Notes: a model not told the origin generated them from the letters alone. A DNA stretch of 61,668 bases from Chloroflexota bacterium (GCA_003171255.1 PMYK01000013.1:1-61668), one strand, 5' to 3'. Positions 1-9,891 are shown, counted from the first letter of the stretch. Made by a program: numbers and translations.

Positions 1-786
1 GTCGCGAGCCATTCGCCGGGCCTGGCACCGGCCGCCCCTTCGGCCTCGCCGTCGTCGTCCGTCGTCTGGGATCCGGGCCAGGATGAAGTCCTGGTGCCGC
101 ACACGCAGATGCGCCGCGGGATTGCCGCCCAGATGACCCGCGCCGCCGCCATCCCAGTGGCTCACAGCACATTTGAGGCCGACATGTCGGCCGTGGTGAA
201 GCTCCGGGTCGAGCAGGCCGACGCGTACAAGGCTCGCGAGGGCGTCGGGCTGAGCTTCCTGCCGTTCGTGGTCAAGGCCGTCGTCGAGGCGCTGCATGGC
301 AATCCCAACCTCAACGCCCATTACACGGAAGACGGCCTTCTACGCAAGCGCCGAATCAACATCGGCATCGCCATCGCCGTCGAGAACGGTCTGATCGTGC
401 CCGTCATCCACGACGCCGATCAGCTGTCGATCAACGGAATCAATCGCGCCATCCAGGATCTGGCGGCTCGGGCTCGGACGAACAAGCTTCGGCTCGACGA
501 CATTCAGGGCGGCACCTTCACCGTCGACAACACCGGCTGGTTCGGGTCGGTCCTGACCGTGCCGATCATCAACCCGCCCGAAGTCTGCATTCTCACGACC
601 GAGGCGGTGGTCAAGCGGCCGGTCGTTCGCGAGACGCCCGACGGCGACGTGATCGCCGTGCGGTCGATGATGAATCTCGTAGCCGGGTACGATCATCGGG
701 CGACTGACGGCGCCCAGGTCGGGCGGTTCGTCCGCGACGTGATCTGCTGGCTCGAGGCGGTCGGGCCCGACTCGCCGATCTACTAG
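1..786 (+). CDS. 2-oxoacid dehydrogenase E2 (dihydrolipoamide acyltransferase), C-terminal part; 5-prime end lies outside the window
   Basis: Frame 1 is open from base 1, giving an Ala/Pro/Ser-rich linker followed by the catalytic domain. The active-site motif DHRATDG lies near the C-terminus. lipA follows directly downstream. Confidence 0.85.
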   Translation, partial: VASHSPGLAPAAPSASPSSSVVWDPGQDEVLVPHTQMRRGIAAQMTRAAAIPVAHSTFEADMSAVVKLRVEQADAYKAREGVGLSFLPFVVKAVVEALHGNPNLNAHYTEDGLLRKRRINIGIAIAVENGLIVPVIHDADQLSINGINRAIQDLAARARTNKLRLDDIQGGTFTVDNTGWFGSVLTVPIINPPEVCILTTEAVVKRPVVRETPDGDVIAVRSMMNLVAGYDHRATDGAQVGRFVRDVICWLEAVGPDSPIY

Positions 787-803
787 AGGCTCGTCCGTAC
801 CCG

Positions 804-1904
804 ATGTCCGATTCGACAGAGTTCCGTCCGGCTCCGCGTGCGCTGCCGCCGACGGTCGCGCTGGGCGGCGGCACATTCGAGCCCGCAGTCGACGGCTCAG
901 CGGCGCCGCGCCGCCACCCCGACTGGATCAAGGCCCGCATCCCGTCGGGCGAAACCTACCAGGAAGTCCGGCGGCTGCTCCACGGTCTGACCCTGCATAC
1001 CGTCTGCGAGGAGGCCCACTGCCCGAACATGGGCGAGTGCTGGGACGAGCGGACGGCGACCGTGATGATCCTCGGCGACACCTGCACCCGAGCCTGCGGG
1101 TTTTGTGCCGTCAAGACCGGCAAGCCGCTCGTCCACGACCTCGATGAGCCGCGTCGCGTGGCAGAGGCGATCAGCGGCCTTGGACTAGACCACGTGGTCA
1201 TCACCAGTGTCGCCCGTGACGACCTCGACGACGGGGGAGCGGGCATCTTCGCCGAGACGATCCGGCGGCTGCGGGCCGCCTGCCCGGGCATGGGCGTGGA
1301 AGTGCTGATTCCCGACTTCAACGGCGAGGAAGCGCCGCTCCGGACGGTCATGGCGGCCGGCCCCGACATCCTCAACCACAACGTCGAGACTGTCGCGCGG
1401 CTGCAGAAGCCGGTTCGGAAGCGGGCGCGATACGATCGATCGCTCGATGTCCTGCTGCGGGCGAAGGCGTACACGCTCGAGCTTGGCGCGGCCGACTCGG
1501 CCCTGCCGTCGATCCACACCAAGTCGTCGATCATGGTTGGGCTGGGCGAGACGCGGCCGGAGCTGCGCCAGACGTTCCTCGACCTGCGGGCGGTCGACTG
1601 CGACATCCTCACGATCGGGCAGTATCTGCGACCGTCGGCCGAGCATCTGCCGGTTGAGCGCTACTACCATCCCGACGAGTTCGCCGAGATGCGTGAGGAG
1701 GCGCTTGCGCTGGGGTTCCGCCATGTCGAGTCGGGGCCGCTGGTTCGATCGAGCTACCACGCCCGCGACCAGGTGCCCGATGCCGAGGCACGCCGCGCGG
1801 CACGCGAAGCCGGAACGACGGGTTCGTCGGTGGCCGTTGGGCCGCCAGTCCGGCGTGCCCCCACGATCGCCCCGGACGGTCGACTCGTGTATCGTCCCGA
1901 CTGA
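804..1904 (+). CDS. lipA: lipoyl synthase (radical SAM)
   Basis: Carries both LipA cysteine clusters: CEEAHCPNMGEC (auxiliary cluster) and CTRACGFCAV (CxxxCxxC radical-SAM cluster). Sits next to the E2 gene. Confidence 0.9.
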   Translation: MSDSTEFRPAPRALPPTVALGGGTFEPAVDGSAAPRRHPDWIKARIPSGETYQEVRRLLHGLTLHTVCEEAHCPNMGECWDERTATVMILGDTCTRACGFCAVKTGKPLVHDLDEPRRVAEAISGLGLDHVVITSVARDDLDDGGAGIFAETIRRLRAACPGMGVEVLIPDFNGEEAPLRTVMAAGPDILNHNVETVARLQKPVRKRARYDRSLDVLLRAKAYTLELGAADSALPSIHTKSSIMVGLGETRPELRQTFLDLRAVDCDILTIGQYLRPSAEHLPVERYYHPDEFAEMREEALALGFRHVESGPLVRSSYHARDQVPDAEARRAAREAGTTGSSVAVGPPVRRAPTIAPDGRLVYRPD

Positions 1905-1932
1905 GCCAACCGACCCCACACCACCAGCGGGG

Positions 1933-2086
1933 ATGCCACGGTGCTGCCGGTCGGGGGGCATCCAGGCTGCCGGTCGGATCGACTGGCTCGTGCGACTGCC
2001 CAAGGTCGAGCTGCACCTCCATCTCGAGGGCGCCATCCTCGATGCCGCGTTGTGGGAGCTGATCTGCAAGTATCCGCGGCCTGGCG
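1933..2086 (+). pseudogene. N-terminal remnant of an adenosine/AMP deaminase-like gene
   Basis: The frame from ATG 1933 reads ...RIDWLVRLPKVELHLHLEGAILDAALWELICKYPRPG. This is the metal-binding N-terminal signature (LPKxELHxHLEG) of adenosine deaminases. Similarity stops after about 35 codons and the frame runs into tandem repeats. Confidence 0.5.
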
Positions 2087-2187
2087 CTCGACGCGGTCGA
2101 GAGTTGCTGGCTGCCGCCCGTTCGGAAGGCCGAACTGCGGGCCCGTCTGGTCGGCGATCGCGCCTGGACCGGGTAGGCCCGCCCGCC

Positions 2188-2270
2188 TGGCCGCTCGCCT
2201 GGCCGCTCGCATGGCCGCTCGCATGGCCGCTCGCATGGCCGCTTGCATGGCCGCTCGCATGGCCGCTCGT
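2188..2270. repeat. 12-bp tandem repeat (TGGCCGCTCGCA), about 7 copies
   Basis: Read directly: units begin at 2188, 2200, 2212, 2224, 2236, 2248 and 2260, with 1-nt variants. Confidence 0.95.
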
Positions 2271-2350
2271 GCCCGCCTCCGGCTCGTGCCCGCCTCCGGC
2301 TCGTGCCCGCCTCCGGCTCGTGCCCGCCTCCGGCTCGTGCCCGCCTCCGT
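2271..2350. repeat. 17-bp tandem repeat (GCCCGCCTCCGGCTCGT), about 4.7 copies
   Basis: Read directly: units begin at 2271, 2288, 2305 and 2322, with a partial unit at 2339. It abuts the 12-bp repeat. Confidence 0.95.
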
Positions 2351-2391
2351 CCGATAAGTCTGAGTGAAGCGTCGCGGGCCATGCTGCGCCC

Positions 2392-3219
2392 ATGGATGAC
2401 CCTCGAGTCGGTTCGGTTATGCGCGCAGTTCGCATTCGGCGCGGCCTCCGCCAGGCAGACGTGGCGGTGTTGGCCGGAGTGAGTCAGGCGATCGTCTCCC
2501 AGATTGAGAAAGGCGATCTGGAACGGACTTCGCTCCGCCTTCTCCGCCGCGTCGCTGCAGCCGTCGGCGTCTCGCTTCCGTTCGCGCCACGGTGGCGCGG
2601 CGCCGAGCTCGCGAAGCTGCTCGACGAGAAACACGCCGCGATGGTGCGAGAGGTTGTGACGCGGCTGTCGGCTCTCGGCTGGGTCACGCTGCCCGAGCAC
2701 ACGTTCAGCGTGCGCGGCGAGCGCGGATCGATTGACGTTCTCGCCTGGCTCCCGGCGCCTCGGGCGCTGCTGGTCGTTGAAGTCAAGACACTGGTCGCCG
2801 ACCTGCAGGATCTTCTTTCCACCCTCGACCGCAAACGCAGACTGTCTCCTTCTATCGCTGTCGAGCTCGGATGGAGGCCGCTGCTCATCGGCACGGTTCT
2901 GGTGATGCCCGGCGAGACTCAGGCCCGCAATGCCGTTGAACTCTACCGACCGGTGTTCGACGCGGCGTATCCGGCCAGGGCACGACAGGTTCACCGATGG
3001 CTGGGGTGCCCCGAGCGCGATCTGCGTGGGATCTGGTTCCTCCTCAACTTCACCGCCGGTGGTGCAAAGCGACGACAGGGCGGCTCGATGCGGGTCAGAC
3101 CACGATCGGACCGACGATCTGCGGGCAGGTTACGCTCAAGCGCGGGGCCGCCCGAGCAATGTGCGCCCGGATCAACTGGTAGAGCCGATGGTTCGCCTGC
3201 TCACCATCACTTGCGGTGA
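2392..3219 (+). CDS. XRE-family HTH protein with a C-terminal PD-(D/E)xK-like nuclease-fold domain
   Basis: N-terminal HTH: IRRGLRQADVAVLAGVSQAIVSQIEKG. Downstream, GSIDVLAW...LLVVEVKT matches a D...E-x-K nuclease pattern. An alternative start is ATG 2419. Confidence 0.6.
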   Translation: MDDPRVGSVMRAVRIRRGLRQADVAVLAGVSQAIVSQIEKGDLERTSLRLLRRVAAAVGVSLPFAPRWRGAELAKLLDEKHAAMVREVVTRLSALGWVTLPEHTFSVRGERGSIDVLAWLPAPRALLVVEVKTLVADLQDLLSTLDRKRRLSPSIAVELGWRPLLIGTVLVMPGETQARNAVELYRPVFDAAYPARARQVHRWLGCPERDLRGIWFLLNFTAGGAKRRQGGSMRVRPRSDRRSAGRLRSSAGPPEQCAPGSTGRADGSPAHHHLR

Positions 3220-3286
3220 AGATGAGCAATCCGGATGGCGACGCTCCCGCATAGCATCGCGCCCGGTGAAGTTGAGCAATCTCGGC

Positions 3287-3367
3287 CACGCGGTCACGCC
3301 ACGCGGTCACGCCACGCGGTCACGCCACGCGGTCACGCCACGCGGTCACGCCACGCGGTCACGCCAC
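3287..3367. repeat. 13-bp tandem repeat (CACGCGGTCACGC), about 6 copies
   Basis: Read directly: units begin at 3287, 3300, 3313, 3326, 3339 and 3352. Lies between the convergent 3-prime ends of the HTH gene and the ABC ATPase gene. Confidence 0.95.
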
Positions 3368-3377
3368 CGGTCGTCGG

Positions 3378-4199
3378 CTACAGGATCTTCGAGAGGAACG
3401 TCTTCGTGCGCTCCTGCGAGGGTGCGCTGAAGACCTGGTCCGGCGTGCCCTCTTCGACGACCACGCCGTCGTCCATCATGACGACGCGGTTGGCCACTTC
3501 ACGGGCAAATCCCATCTCGTGGCTGACCACGATCATCGTCATGCCCTCGCGGGCGAGCTCCTTCATGACCTCCAGAACTTCGCCGATCATCTCGGGGTCC
3601 AGAGCCGAGGTGGGCTCGTCGAAGAGCATCAACGCCGGCTTCATGGCCAGGGCACGAGCGATGGCAATGCGCTGCTGCTGACCGCCCGAGAGCTGGTTCG
3701 GGTAGACGTTCTCCTTGGCCGCAAGCCCGACTCGCTCGAGCAGCGCCCGGCCGACTACGCGAGCTTCCTCTTCCGGAATGCCTCGAACGTGGATCGGCGC
3801 CTCGACGATGTTCTCGAGGGCCGTCATGTGCGGGAAGAGGTTGAAGCGCTGGAAGACCATGCCGATCTCCTGGCGCTGCAACGAGATGTTCTTCTCCCTG
3901 TCCTCGACGAGTTTCCCGCCTCCCGTCTCGCGATAGCCGATGAGGTGGCCGTTGACGAAGATCCGGCCACCCTGGATCTTCTCGAGGTGGTTGACGCAGC
4001 GGATGAACGTCGTCTTGCCGGATCCCGAAGGACCGATGACGACGACGGTCTCCTGCCGCTTCACCTGCAGACAAACATCTTTCAGGACGTGCAGGCGCCC
4101 GAAGTACTTGTTGACGTCGCGAGCATCGACGACGACGTCCGTCTCCGGACGCGGGACGCCGCCGATTGCCCCGAGGAGATTGTCCGAAACGGTCGTCAT
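3378..4199 (-). CDS. polar amino-acid ABC transporter, ATP-binding protein
   Basis: Walker [13 protein letters not shown] signature LSGGQQQR and Walker [13 protein letters not shown]. The start overlaps the permease stop by 4 nt. Confidence 0.9.
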   Translation of the reverse strand: MTTVSDNLLGAIGGVPRPETDVVVDARDVNKYFGRLHVLKDVCLQVKRQETVVVIGPSGSGKTTFIRCVNHLEKIQGGRIFVNGHLIGYRETGGGKLVEDREKNISLQRQEIGMVFQRFNLFPHMTALENIVEAPIHVRGIPEEEARVVGRALLERVGLAAKENVYPNQLSGGQQQRIAIARALAMKPALMLFDEPTSALDPEMIGEVLEVMKELAREGMTMIVVSHEMGFAREVANRVVMMDDGVVVEEGTPDQVFSAPSQERTKTFLSKIL

Positions 4200-5092
4200 T
4201 GTTCGATCGGCGCCCTTAGCGACATGAATCGAGCCGCGAAGCCCTTGTTGCGGGGACCAACGCCCGATGAATTGGATGTGGTGGTGCCGCGGGAGAAGCG
4301 ACGCTCGATGCGACTCTGGACGACGCCCCAGATGGTCGTCAGGATCAGGTACCAGACGGCGCAGGCGGCGAACAACTCGAACGTGGCGTAGGAGTGCCCG
4401 GCGGATACGGAGAACGTGTTGTAGAGCTCGAAGATGCTCAAGGCGCTCAACAGCGAGGTGGTCTTGAGCATGTTGTTGAACTCGTTGCCGAGCGGCGGAA
4501 TGATCACTCGCGCCGCCTGAGGCAGGACGATGCGGCTCATGGTCTGGCCGTACGTCATGCCGAGCGATTTGGCAGCTTCGGTCTGGCCGGGGTCAACGGC
4601 GAGGATTCCGGCCCGAACGATCTCGGCCATGTAGGCGCCTTCGTTGACGCCGAGGATGACGATGCCGGCGAGGACCTGCGGCAGGATGTCGATCGGGCCC
4701 GCGACGACGGTCGGCCACCTGAACAACCCGGCCGTGGCCAGGCCGTAGTAGAAGAACGACAGCTGGACGAGCAGCGGTGTCCCCCGGAAGACCCAGATGT
4801 AGAAGTTGGCTACCAGGCGGAAGGGCAGGAATTTGGCCATCCGGCCCATCGCGGCGAAGACGCCCATAGTCACGCCGATCAGCTGTGCGATAACGGAGAT
4901 GCCGATCGTGAGACCCAGGCCGTTGATGATCGCGCTGTCGGGCTTCAGCAGGGAGTCCCAGAAGAACTGCGGCCTGATGTTGTAGGCCGCCTTTCCGGAA
5001 GAACAGCCCGTGACGACCAGGGCGACGAATACAAGGCACCCGACGAGCAGGGCCCGCCGGGTGCCGAAACGGTTCAAGAAGGACGCGGTCAT
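4196..5092 (-). CDS. amino-acid ABC transporter permease (HisM/GlnP type)
   Basis: Multi-TM protein with an EAA-like loop ([23 protein letters not shown]). Lies in an operon with the ATPase and the binding protein. Confidence 0.85.
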   Translation of the reverse strand: MTASFLNRFGTRRALLVGCLVFVALVVTGCSSGKAAYNIRPQFFWDSLLKPDSAIINGLGLTIGISVIAQLIGVTMGVFAAMGRMAKFLPFRLVANFYIWVFRGTPLLVQLSFFYYGLATAGLFRWPTVVAGPIDILPQVLAGIVILGVNEGAYMAEIVRAGILAVDPGQTEAAKSLGMTYGQTMSRIVLPQAARVIIPPLGNEFNNMLKTTSLLSALSIFELYNTFSVSAGHSYATFELFAACAVWYLILTTIWGVVQSRIERRFSRGTTTSNSSGVGPRNKGFAARFMSLRAPIEQ

Positions 5093-5120
5093 CGCGTCAG
5101 TGTCCTATCGGACCGTAGAA

Positions 5121-6071
5121 CTACGAGCCGGACGTGCTGGTGACGGCGCCGGACTGGACGCCCCACGTGGTGAGGATCGTCTTGTAGGTGCCGTCGTCGA
5201 TCATCTGCTGCAGGGCGGCCTTGACCGCGTCGCGCAGTTCCGGATGGTTCTTGGTGACGCTGATGCCTTCATCGCCGCGCTCGACGGTGAGGCTGGGCAG
5301 CATCTCGAAGGCGCCGTTGCCGTTGACGACTTCATAGCCCGCGACGGGCTCGTCGGTGAAGTGGGCAACGACGGTTCCGGCCTGGAGGGCCAGCAGCGCG
5401 TCTGTGTCGGCCGCGAAGACCTGAAGCGTGATGTCGGGCTTGCCGGCCGTCTTGCACTGGGCATCGAGACTGGTGTCGGCGGTGTAGTCGCCGGTGCCGG
5501 CGATGTGGTCCGCTTCCACGGTGCCCTTCTCGGCTGCGACGGTCTTGCCGCACAGATCCGTGACTGCGGCGATGCCGCTCGGGTTGCCCTTGAGCACGAC
5601 GAACGACTGGCCGGCCGCGAAGTACGGGATCATGTCCACGGCCTGCTTGCGAGCGTCGGTGATCGTCTGGGCCGAAATGATGATGTCGCACGAGCCGCCG
5701 GTCAGAGCCGGGATGATCGTGTCGAAGACCGTTGAGCTGACGCTCACCTGGAGGCCGAGGCGCTTGGCGATCTCAGTGGCGAGATCGATGTCAGAGCCGA
5801 CTGCCTTGTTGTTCTTGTCGAGGCTCTCCTGAGGAGGGTATGACGTGTCGGAGCAGACGGTCAGTGTGCCGGCCTTGATGAGCTCAGTGGCGGGAACTGT
5901 CGGCAGCGCCGCGGCCGACTGGGCTGACGCCGAGGTGGGCGCGGTCGTGGCCGCGGGCGCAGTCGTGGGCGCGGCAGTCGGCGAAGCTGTGGCAGCTGCT
6001 CCCGAGCACGCACCGACGACGATTGCCGCCGCGGCGAGAAGGCCGGCGATGCGGAATCGAGATGAAGTCAC
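5121..6071 (-). CDS. amino-acid ABC transporter substrate-binding lipoprotein (family 3)
   Basis: The ORF is open to 6278, but GTG at 6071 has a GGAGGA Shine-Dalgarno sequence 5 nt upstream. That start gives a signal peptide plus lipobox (LLAAAAIVVGAC). The mature part resembles periplasmic binding proteins. Confidence 0.8.
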   Translation of the reverse strand: MTSSRFRIAGLLAAAAIVVGACSGAAATASPTAAPTTAPAATTAPTSASAQSAAALPTVPATELIKAGTLTVCSDTSYPPQESLDKNNKAVGSDIDLATEIAKRLGLQVSVSSTVFDTIIPALTGGSCDIIISAQTITDARKQAVDMIPYFAAGQSFVVLKGNPSGIAAVTDLCGKTVAAEKGTVEADHIAGTGDYTADTSLDAQCKTAGKPDITLQVFAADTDALLALQAGTVVAHFTDEPVAGYEVVNGNGAFEMLPSLTVERGDEGISVTKNHPELRDAVKAALQQMIDDGTYKTILTTWGVQSGAVTSTSGS

Positions 6072-6327
6072 GAGTGTTCCTCCTGTCCTCCGGGGACCGC
6101 CAACACTGCTCGTCGTCCGCCCCAGCGACGCGCAGGTGGGTCTTGAGTGGGCAGCGTAGCCGCAGCCGGGAATGCGTGCAAGGTGTCCACGACGTCGGTG
6201 GTTGCGGCTCGGTTGCATCTGGACCCCTGGACCTCCATCGCGAGCCCCTGGCGTGCGCTGGGCGCCCGAATCGGCCATCGAGTCGGTCGTGCACGGATCG
6301 CCGCAGGCATATCACCGCGGAGTGGCT

Positions 6328-7395
6328 ATGCTCTGGCCAATGGTCCGCCAGCTGCCCCGCCGGATGCCGCTCGCCGAGCTTCATTGCCACCTCGGCAGCG
6401 CCGTCACGCCGTCCGTGATGTGGGGCATCGCCCACGAGCAGGGCATCAAGCTGCCGACGAAGGATTACTGGGAATTCCGCCAGATGATCACCGCCTCGCC
6501 GACTCGGGGCCACTCCTTCGACGGCTACCTGCACCTGTTCCACTGGACGGAGCTGATCCAGTCGTCGCCGCTGGCCATGGAGCGCTCCGTGTACGAGGTC
6601 GTCGGCGGCGCCTATCGCAAGAACAACGTCACCACCATGGAGTTGCGCTTCAACCCCATGAAGCGCAACCGCGGCGGCGAGCAGGATCTGGACCACATCA
6701 TCGCGGCGTCGCTGCGCGGCATGGATCGGGCAACTCTCGAGTACCCGATCCGCCCGGGCCTGATCTTCTGCCTGGATCGCGCCTTCCCGTTCGACCTCAA
6801 CGAGATCGTCGTCGAGAAGGCCATCGTGTGGCGGGATCGGGGCGTCGTCGGCATCGACATCGCCGGTCCCGAGTCGTCGACTTTCCGCGTCGCCGACTAC
6901 AGCAAGCTCTTCCGACGGGCTCGCCAGTACGGGCTCGGGATCACCGTCCACGTCGGCGAGGCAGGGCCGGTCGAAGAGGTGGGTCAGGTGATCGAGCTGC
7001 TGGAGCCGGACCGAATCGGCCACGGCGTCAAGTCGGCCTACGACCCGCGGACGATGGCCATGATCCGCGAGCGCGGCATCGTCCTGGAAATCTGCCCGAC
7101 CTCGAACCTGCAGACCGGCGTGGTCTCGGGCTGGGAGGAGTTCCGCTGGATCTTCGACCAGTTCCGCCGCAACGAGATCCGGTTCGCGATCAGCACCGAC
7201 GGCCCGGAGATGCTGCGGACCTACATTCGTGATGAACTGGCAACGCTCGGCCGACTCGGCATCCTCTCCTACGAGGAGCAGGTCCAGGCAGCCCAGACGT
7301 CGCTCCAGGCGTCGTTCGTACCAAAGGTCACCGACGTTGTGGCCGCCGCACGCAAGCCGGCGACGCGCCAGGAAGTCGAGCGCGAGGAGGCATAG
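6328..7395 (+). CDS. add: adenosine deaminase family protein
   Basis: N-terminal LAELHCHLGSAV metal-binding motif, then GIDIAGPE, ITVHVGE and GHG..., and AISTDGP near the C-terminus. ATG 6328 was chosen over the ORF start at 6172, which adds a non-homologous Arg/Trp-rich extension. Confidence 0.8.
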   Translation: MLWPMVRQLPRRMPLAELHCHLGSAVTPSVMWGIAHEQGIKLPTKDYWEFRQMITASPTRGHSFDGYLHLFHWTELIQSSPLAMERSVYEVVGGAYRKNNVTTMELRFNPMKRNRGGEQDLDHIIAASLRGMDRATLEYPIRPGLIFCLDRAFPFDLNEIVVEKAIVWRDRGVVGIDIAGPESSTFRVADYSKLFRRARQYGLGITVHVGEAGPVEEVGQVIELLEPDRIGHGVKSAYDPRTMAMIRERGIVLEICPTSNLQTGVVSGWEEFRWIFDQFRRNEIRFAISTDGPEMLRTYIRDELATLGRLGILSYEEQVQAAQTSLQASFVPKVTDVVAAARKPATRQEVEREEA

Positions 7396-7478
7396 CCGCG
7401 TGGGCGCCACTGACCGGGCCGGCGACCAACGGGCGGGCGACCACGGGGCGGGCGAACAACGAGTGAGTCCGGAGCCGC

Positions 7479-8423
7479 CTACCGCTCGAGCGGCTCGACC
7501 CTGTAGGTGCAGCTTCGGCCACCGGACGGGATGTGGCACTCGCGCGTGACCTTCGCGCCGAGGACCTCGCCGATGAGCTGCAGCTCTTCCTCGCAGGCGA
7601 TCGGGTATGAGCCTGACACGCCGGAGATGGCGCAGTTGTGCTCGGACAGCCAGATCGTCCCGTCCGGATCGCGAGAGGCGCGCCCCAGGTAGCCCGTATC
7701 GTCCTCGTAGACGGCGACTTCGCGGACCCTCTCCCAGAGCGAAGCTCCCGGAGGCAACCGGTCTGCCAGGCGGTCCGCGATGCGCGTCTTGAGCTGCTGG
7801 CGCCGCGCCTCGAAGACGTCGCGGATCAATTCTTCGCCGCCGATCGATCGAATGGCGGTCAGGAACGACTGGGCCAGGGCCCCGTAGTTGGCGGGGAAGA
7901 GTTCCTGGGCGGCGGGCGTCAGGTCGTATACGTGGCGGGGCCGGCCCACGCCGTGGCGGCTCAGACTGCGAGTCACGAGCCCTGCGGATTCGAGCGTTCG
8001 AAGCTGCTGCAGCACGCCGGTTCGGCTCGCACCGACGCGATCGGCGACCTGATCGGGCGCGGCCGGTCCGCCCGTTCGGAGGGCGTACAGGACCTCGCGG
8101 CGGAGGGTCGAGGAGGCACCCGGCCCGGGAGTTGGGGTGACGAGCGGCGTTACCGTCCGAACCCGCCGCTCAATCATCTGGGCGTCGGTCCCGTGCTCGA
8201 ACGGATGTGCCGACTCGTACTCGAACTCGATGCCGTGGCGGTGGGCTGTCGGCGATGCGGGAGTCGGGGCGGCGCTCGGGGCGGCCGGTGCAGTGACGGC
8301 CGGGCGATGTGGCGATCCGCCGGCGCTCGATGGCAGGTCCGATGGCATCGCGGGATCCTGGTCCATGGCGAGAAAAGTAGCAGTGTGAGACAAAACGTGC
8401 TCGCCCTCGGAGCGGCCCGCCAC
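7479..8423 (-). CDS. ArsR/SufR-like winged-helix transcriptional regulator with a Cys-rich C-terminal domain
   Basis: wHTH: APDQVADRVGASRTGVLQQLRTLESAGLV. The C-terminus has C-x12-C-x18-C-x8-C (NCAISGVSGSYPIAC...REC...SC). The N-terminal roughly 100 aa are Pro/Ala-rich. The start is uncertain (GTG 8423 or ATG 8366). Confidence 0.6.
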   Translation of the reverse strand: MAGRSEGEHVLSHTATFLAMDQDPAMPSDLPSSAGGSPHRPAVTAPAAPSAAPTPASPTAHRHGIEFEYESAHPFEHGTDAQMIERRVRTVTPLVTPTPGPGASSTLRREVLYALRTGGPAAPDQVADRVGASRTGVLQQLRTLESAGLVTRSLSRHGVGRPRHVYDLTPAAQELFPANYGALAQSFLTAIRSIGGEELIRDVFEARRQQLKTRIADRLADRLPPGASLWERVREVAVYEDDTGYLGRASRDPDGTIWLSEHNCAISGVSGSYPIACEEELQLIGEVLGAKVTRECHIPSGGRSCTYRVEPLER

Positions 8424-8571
8424 CCTCGCCCTCGAGACGACGGCGTGGACTCGCCGTTCTGGCTCCGTTACCGTACGATCTGGCTTGACCCGACGGTCGA
8501 ACCGGCTCGCGCGGGCAATCTGCGGCGGGCACGGGCGTTGAGGTCAGTAGTCGGCAGGTAAGGAGCCCCCG

Positions 8572-9891
8572 GTGCCACAGATTCGAGCCTTTCGCGCTCT
8601 GCGTTTCGACCCGGACGCGATTGGAGACCTGGGCCGCGTCGTCTGCCCGCCCTATGACGTGATCGGCCCGGAGTTGCACCAGACCCTTCTGGCACGCCAT
8701 CCGGCCAACGCCGTCAGGATCGATCTGCCCGAAGTTCAGGCCGGCGAGGAGCCCGACGATCGATACCGGCGAGCGGCCCGGACGCTGTCGAGCTGGCGAG
8801 TCGACGGCACGCTCCGCCAGGACTCCCACCCGAGCATCTACGTCTACGAACAAACCTATCGCGTCCCCGGCAGCGGCCAGGTTCGGATGCAGCGGGGCTT
8901 CTTCGGTCGCCTGCGGCTGGAGGATCTCTTGCCGGGATCGGGCGTCCTGCCGCACGAAAGGACGCTGTCGGCGCCGAAGGAGGACCGCTACAAGCTGCTG
9001 CGGGCCACGGGTGTAAACACGAGCCCGGTCATCGGGCTGTTCGCCGACCCGAGCGGTCGGTCGGTGCAGGCCCTGGCGGCCATCACCTCGCGGCGCCCCG
9101 ATGCCGACGTCGCCGACGACGACGCGGTCCGTCACCGCCTCTGGGCAGTGCCAGAGGACGGGCCCCAGGCCAGCTTCGTCAAGTCGCTGCTGGACGGGGC
9201 CGGCAAGAGCCCGATCACCATCGCCGACGGCCACCACCGGTACGAGACGGCGCTGCGGTACCGCGACGAGCGGCGAAACAACAAGACCGGCGAGACCGAT
9301 CCCGGCGCCGACTACGTGATGATGCTCTTCCTCGAGACGACCAAGCAGAAGCTGACCGTCCTGCCGACCCATCGCATCGCGCGGGGCCTCGGCCAGGACG
9401 GCGTCCGCGACCTGCTTGACCACGCCCAGTGGCTCTTCGACGTGAAACCCGTGGCCGACAGAGCGGAACTCGAGGCTGCATTCGGGTCGGCCGACGAGCC
9501 CGGCGGAAAGGGCCGTTTCGGGCTCTGGACGAGGAACGGCGGCGCCATCCTGCTCGCTCGCCGGGACGCCTTCGAGATGTCGCATCGGGTCGGCGGCGCC
9601 GCCCTGCATCGCCTCGACGTGTCGCTCCTGCAGGCGGCGCTGGATCGGCTGTGTGGCATCGATGCAGCCGCGATCGCCGCCGGCCGCCTCGCGTACAGCA
9701 AGTCCGTCTCCGAAGCGCTCGACTGGGTCGATGTGGCCAAAGATGGAGCGGACGCCGCGTTCCTGCTCGATCCAACGCCCGTCGTCGAGATCGCTGCCGT
9801 GGCGGCCGAGGGTGACGTGATGCCCCAGAAGTCGACCTACTTCTACCCCAAGGCCCTCACCGGCCTGATAATCAATCCGCACGAATGGTGA
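8572..9891 (+). CDS. DUF1015 family protein
   Basis: N-terminus IRAFRALRF...VCPPYDVI and central ADGHHRYETAL are characteristic of the family. GTG start with AGGAG 5 nt upstream. Confidence 0.75.
   Translation: MPQIRAFRALRFDPDAIGDLGRVVCPPYDVIGPELHQTLLARHPANAVRIDLPEVQAGEEPDDRYRRAARTLSSWRVDGTLRQDSHPSIYVYEQTYRVPGSGQVRMQRGFFGRLRLEDLLPGSGVLPHERTLSAPKEDRYKLLRATGVNTSPVIGLFADPSGRSVQALAAITSRRPDADVADDDAVRHRLWAVPEDGPQASFVKSLLDGAGKSPITIADGHHRYETALRYRDERRNNKTGETDPGADYVMMLFLETTKQKLTVLPTHRIARGLGQDGVRDLLDHAQWLFDVKPVADRAELEAAFGSADEPGGKGRFGLWTRNGGAILLARRDAFEMSHRVGGAALHRLDVSLLQAALDRLCGIDAAAIAAGRLAYSKSVSEALDWVDVAKDGADAAFLLDPTPVVEIAAVAAEGDVMPQKSTYFYPKALTGLIINPHEW

Noticed and set aside
1185-2435. Long antisense and alternative-frame ORFs across known genes. 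Examples: 1185-2435(-), 1609-2994(-), 5884-7539(-), 8170-9948(-), 30646-31767(-), 34001-35011(-), 35249-36253(-), 50659-51777(+), 51985-53394(+), 54769-56532(+), 57503-60208(+).
   Set aside because: These are typical high-GC shadow ORFs. Their composition is Arg/Pro/Gly/Ala-rich and their GC3 is poor. They overlap genes with clear domain signatures on the other strand or frame.
2188-3367. Possibility that the short tandem repeats form a CRISPR array.
   Set aside because: The units are 12, 17 and 13 bp and directly abut one another, with no unique spacers. No cas genes are nearby.
6072-6327. Longer starts for the substrate-binding protein (6278) and the adenosine deaminase (6172).
   Set aside because: The two extensions overlap each other on opposite strands and look non-coding. 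Internal starts give a proper lipoprotein signal peptide and a canonical deaminase N-terminus.
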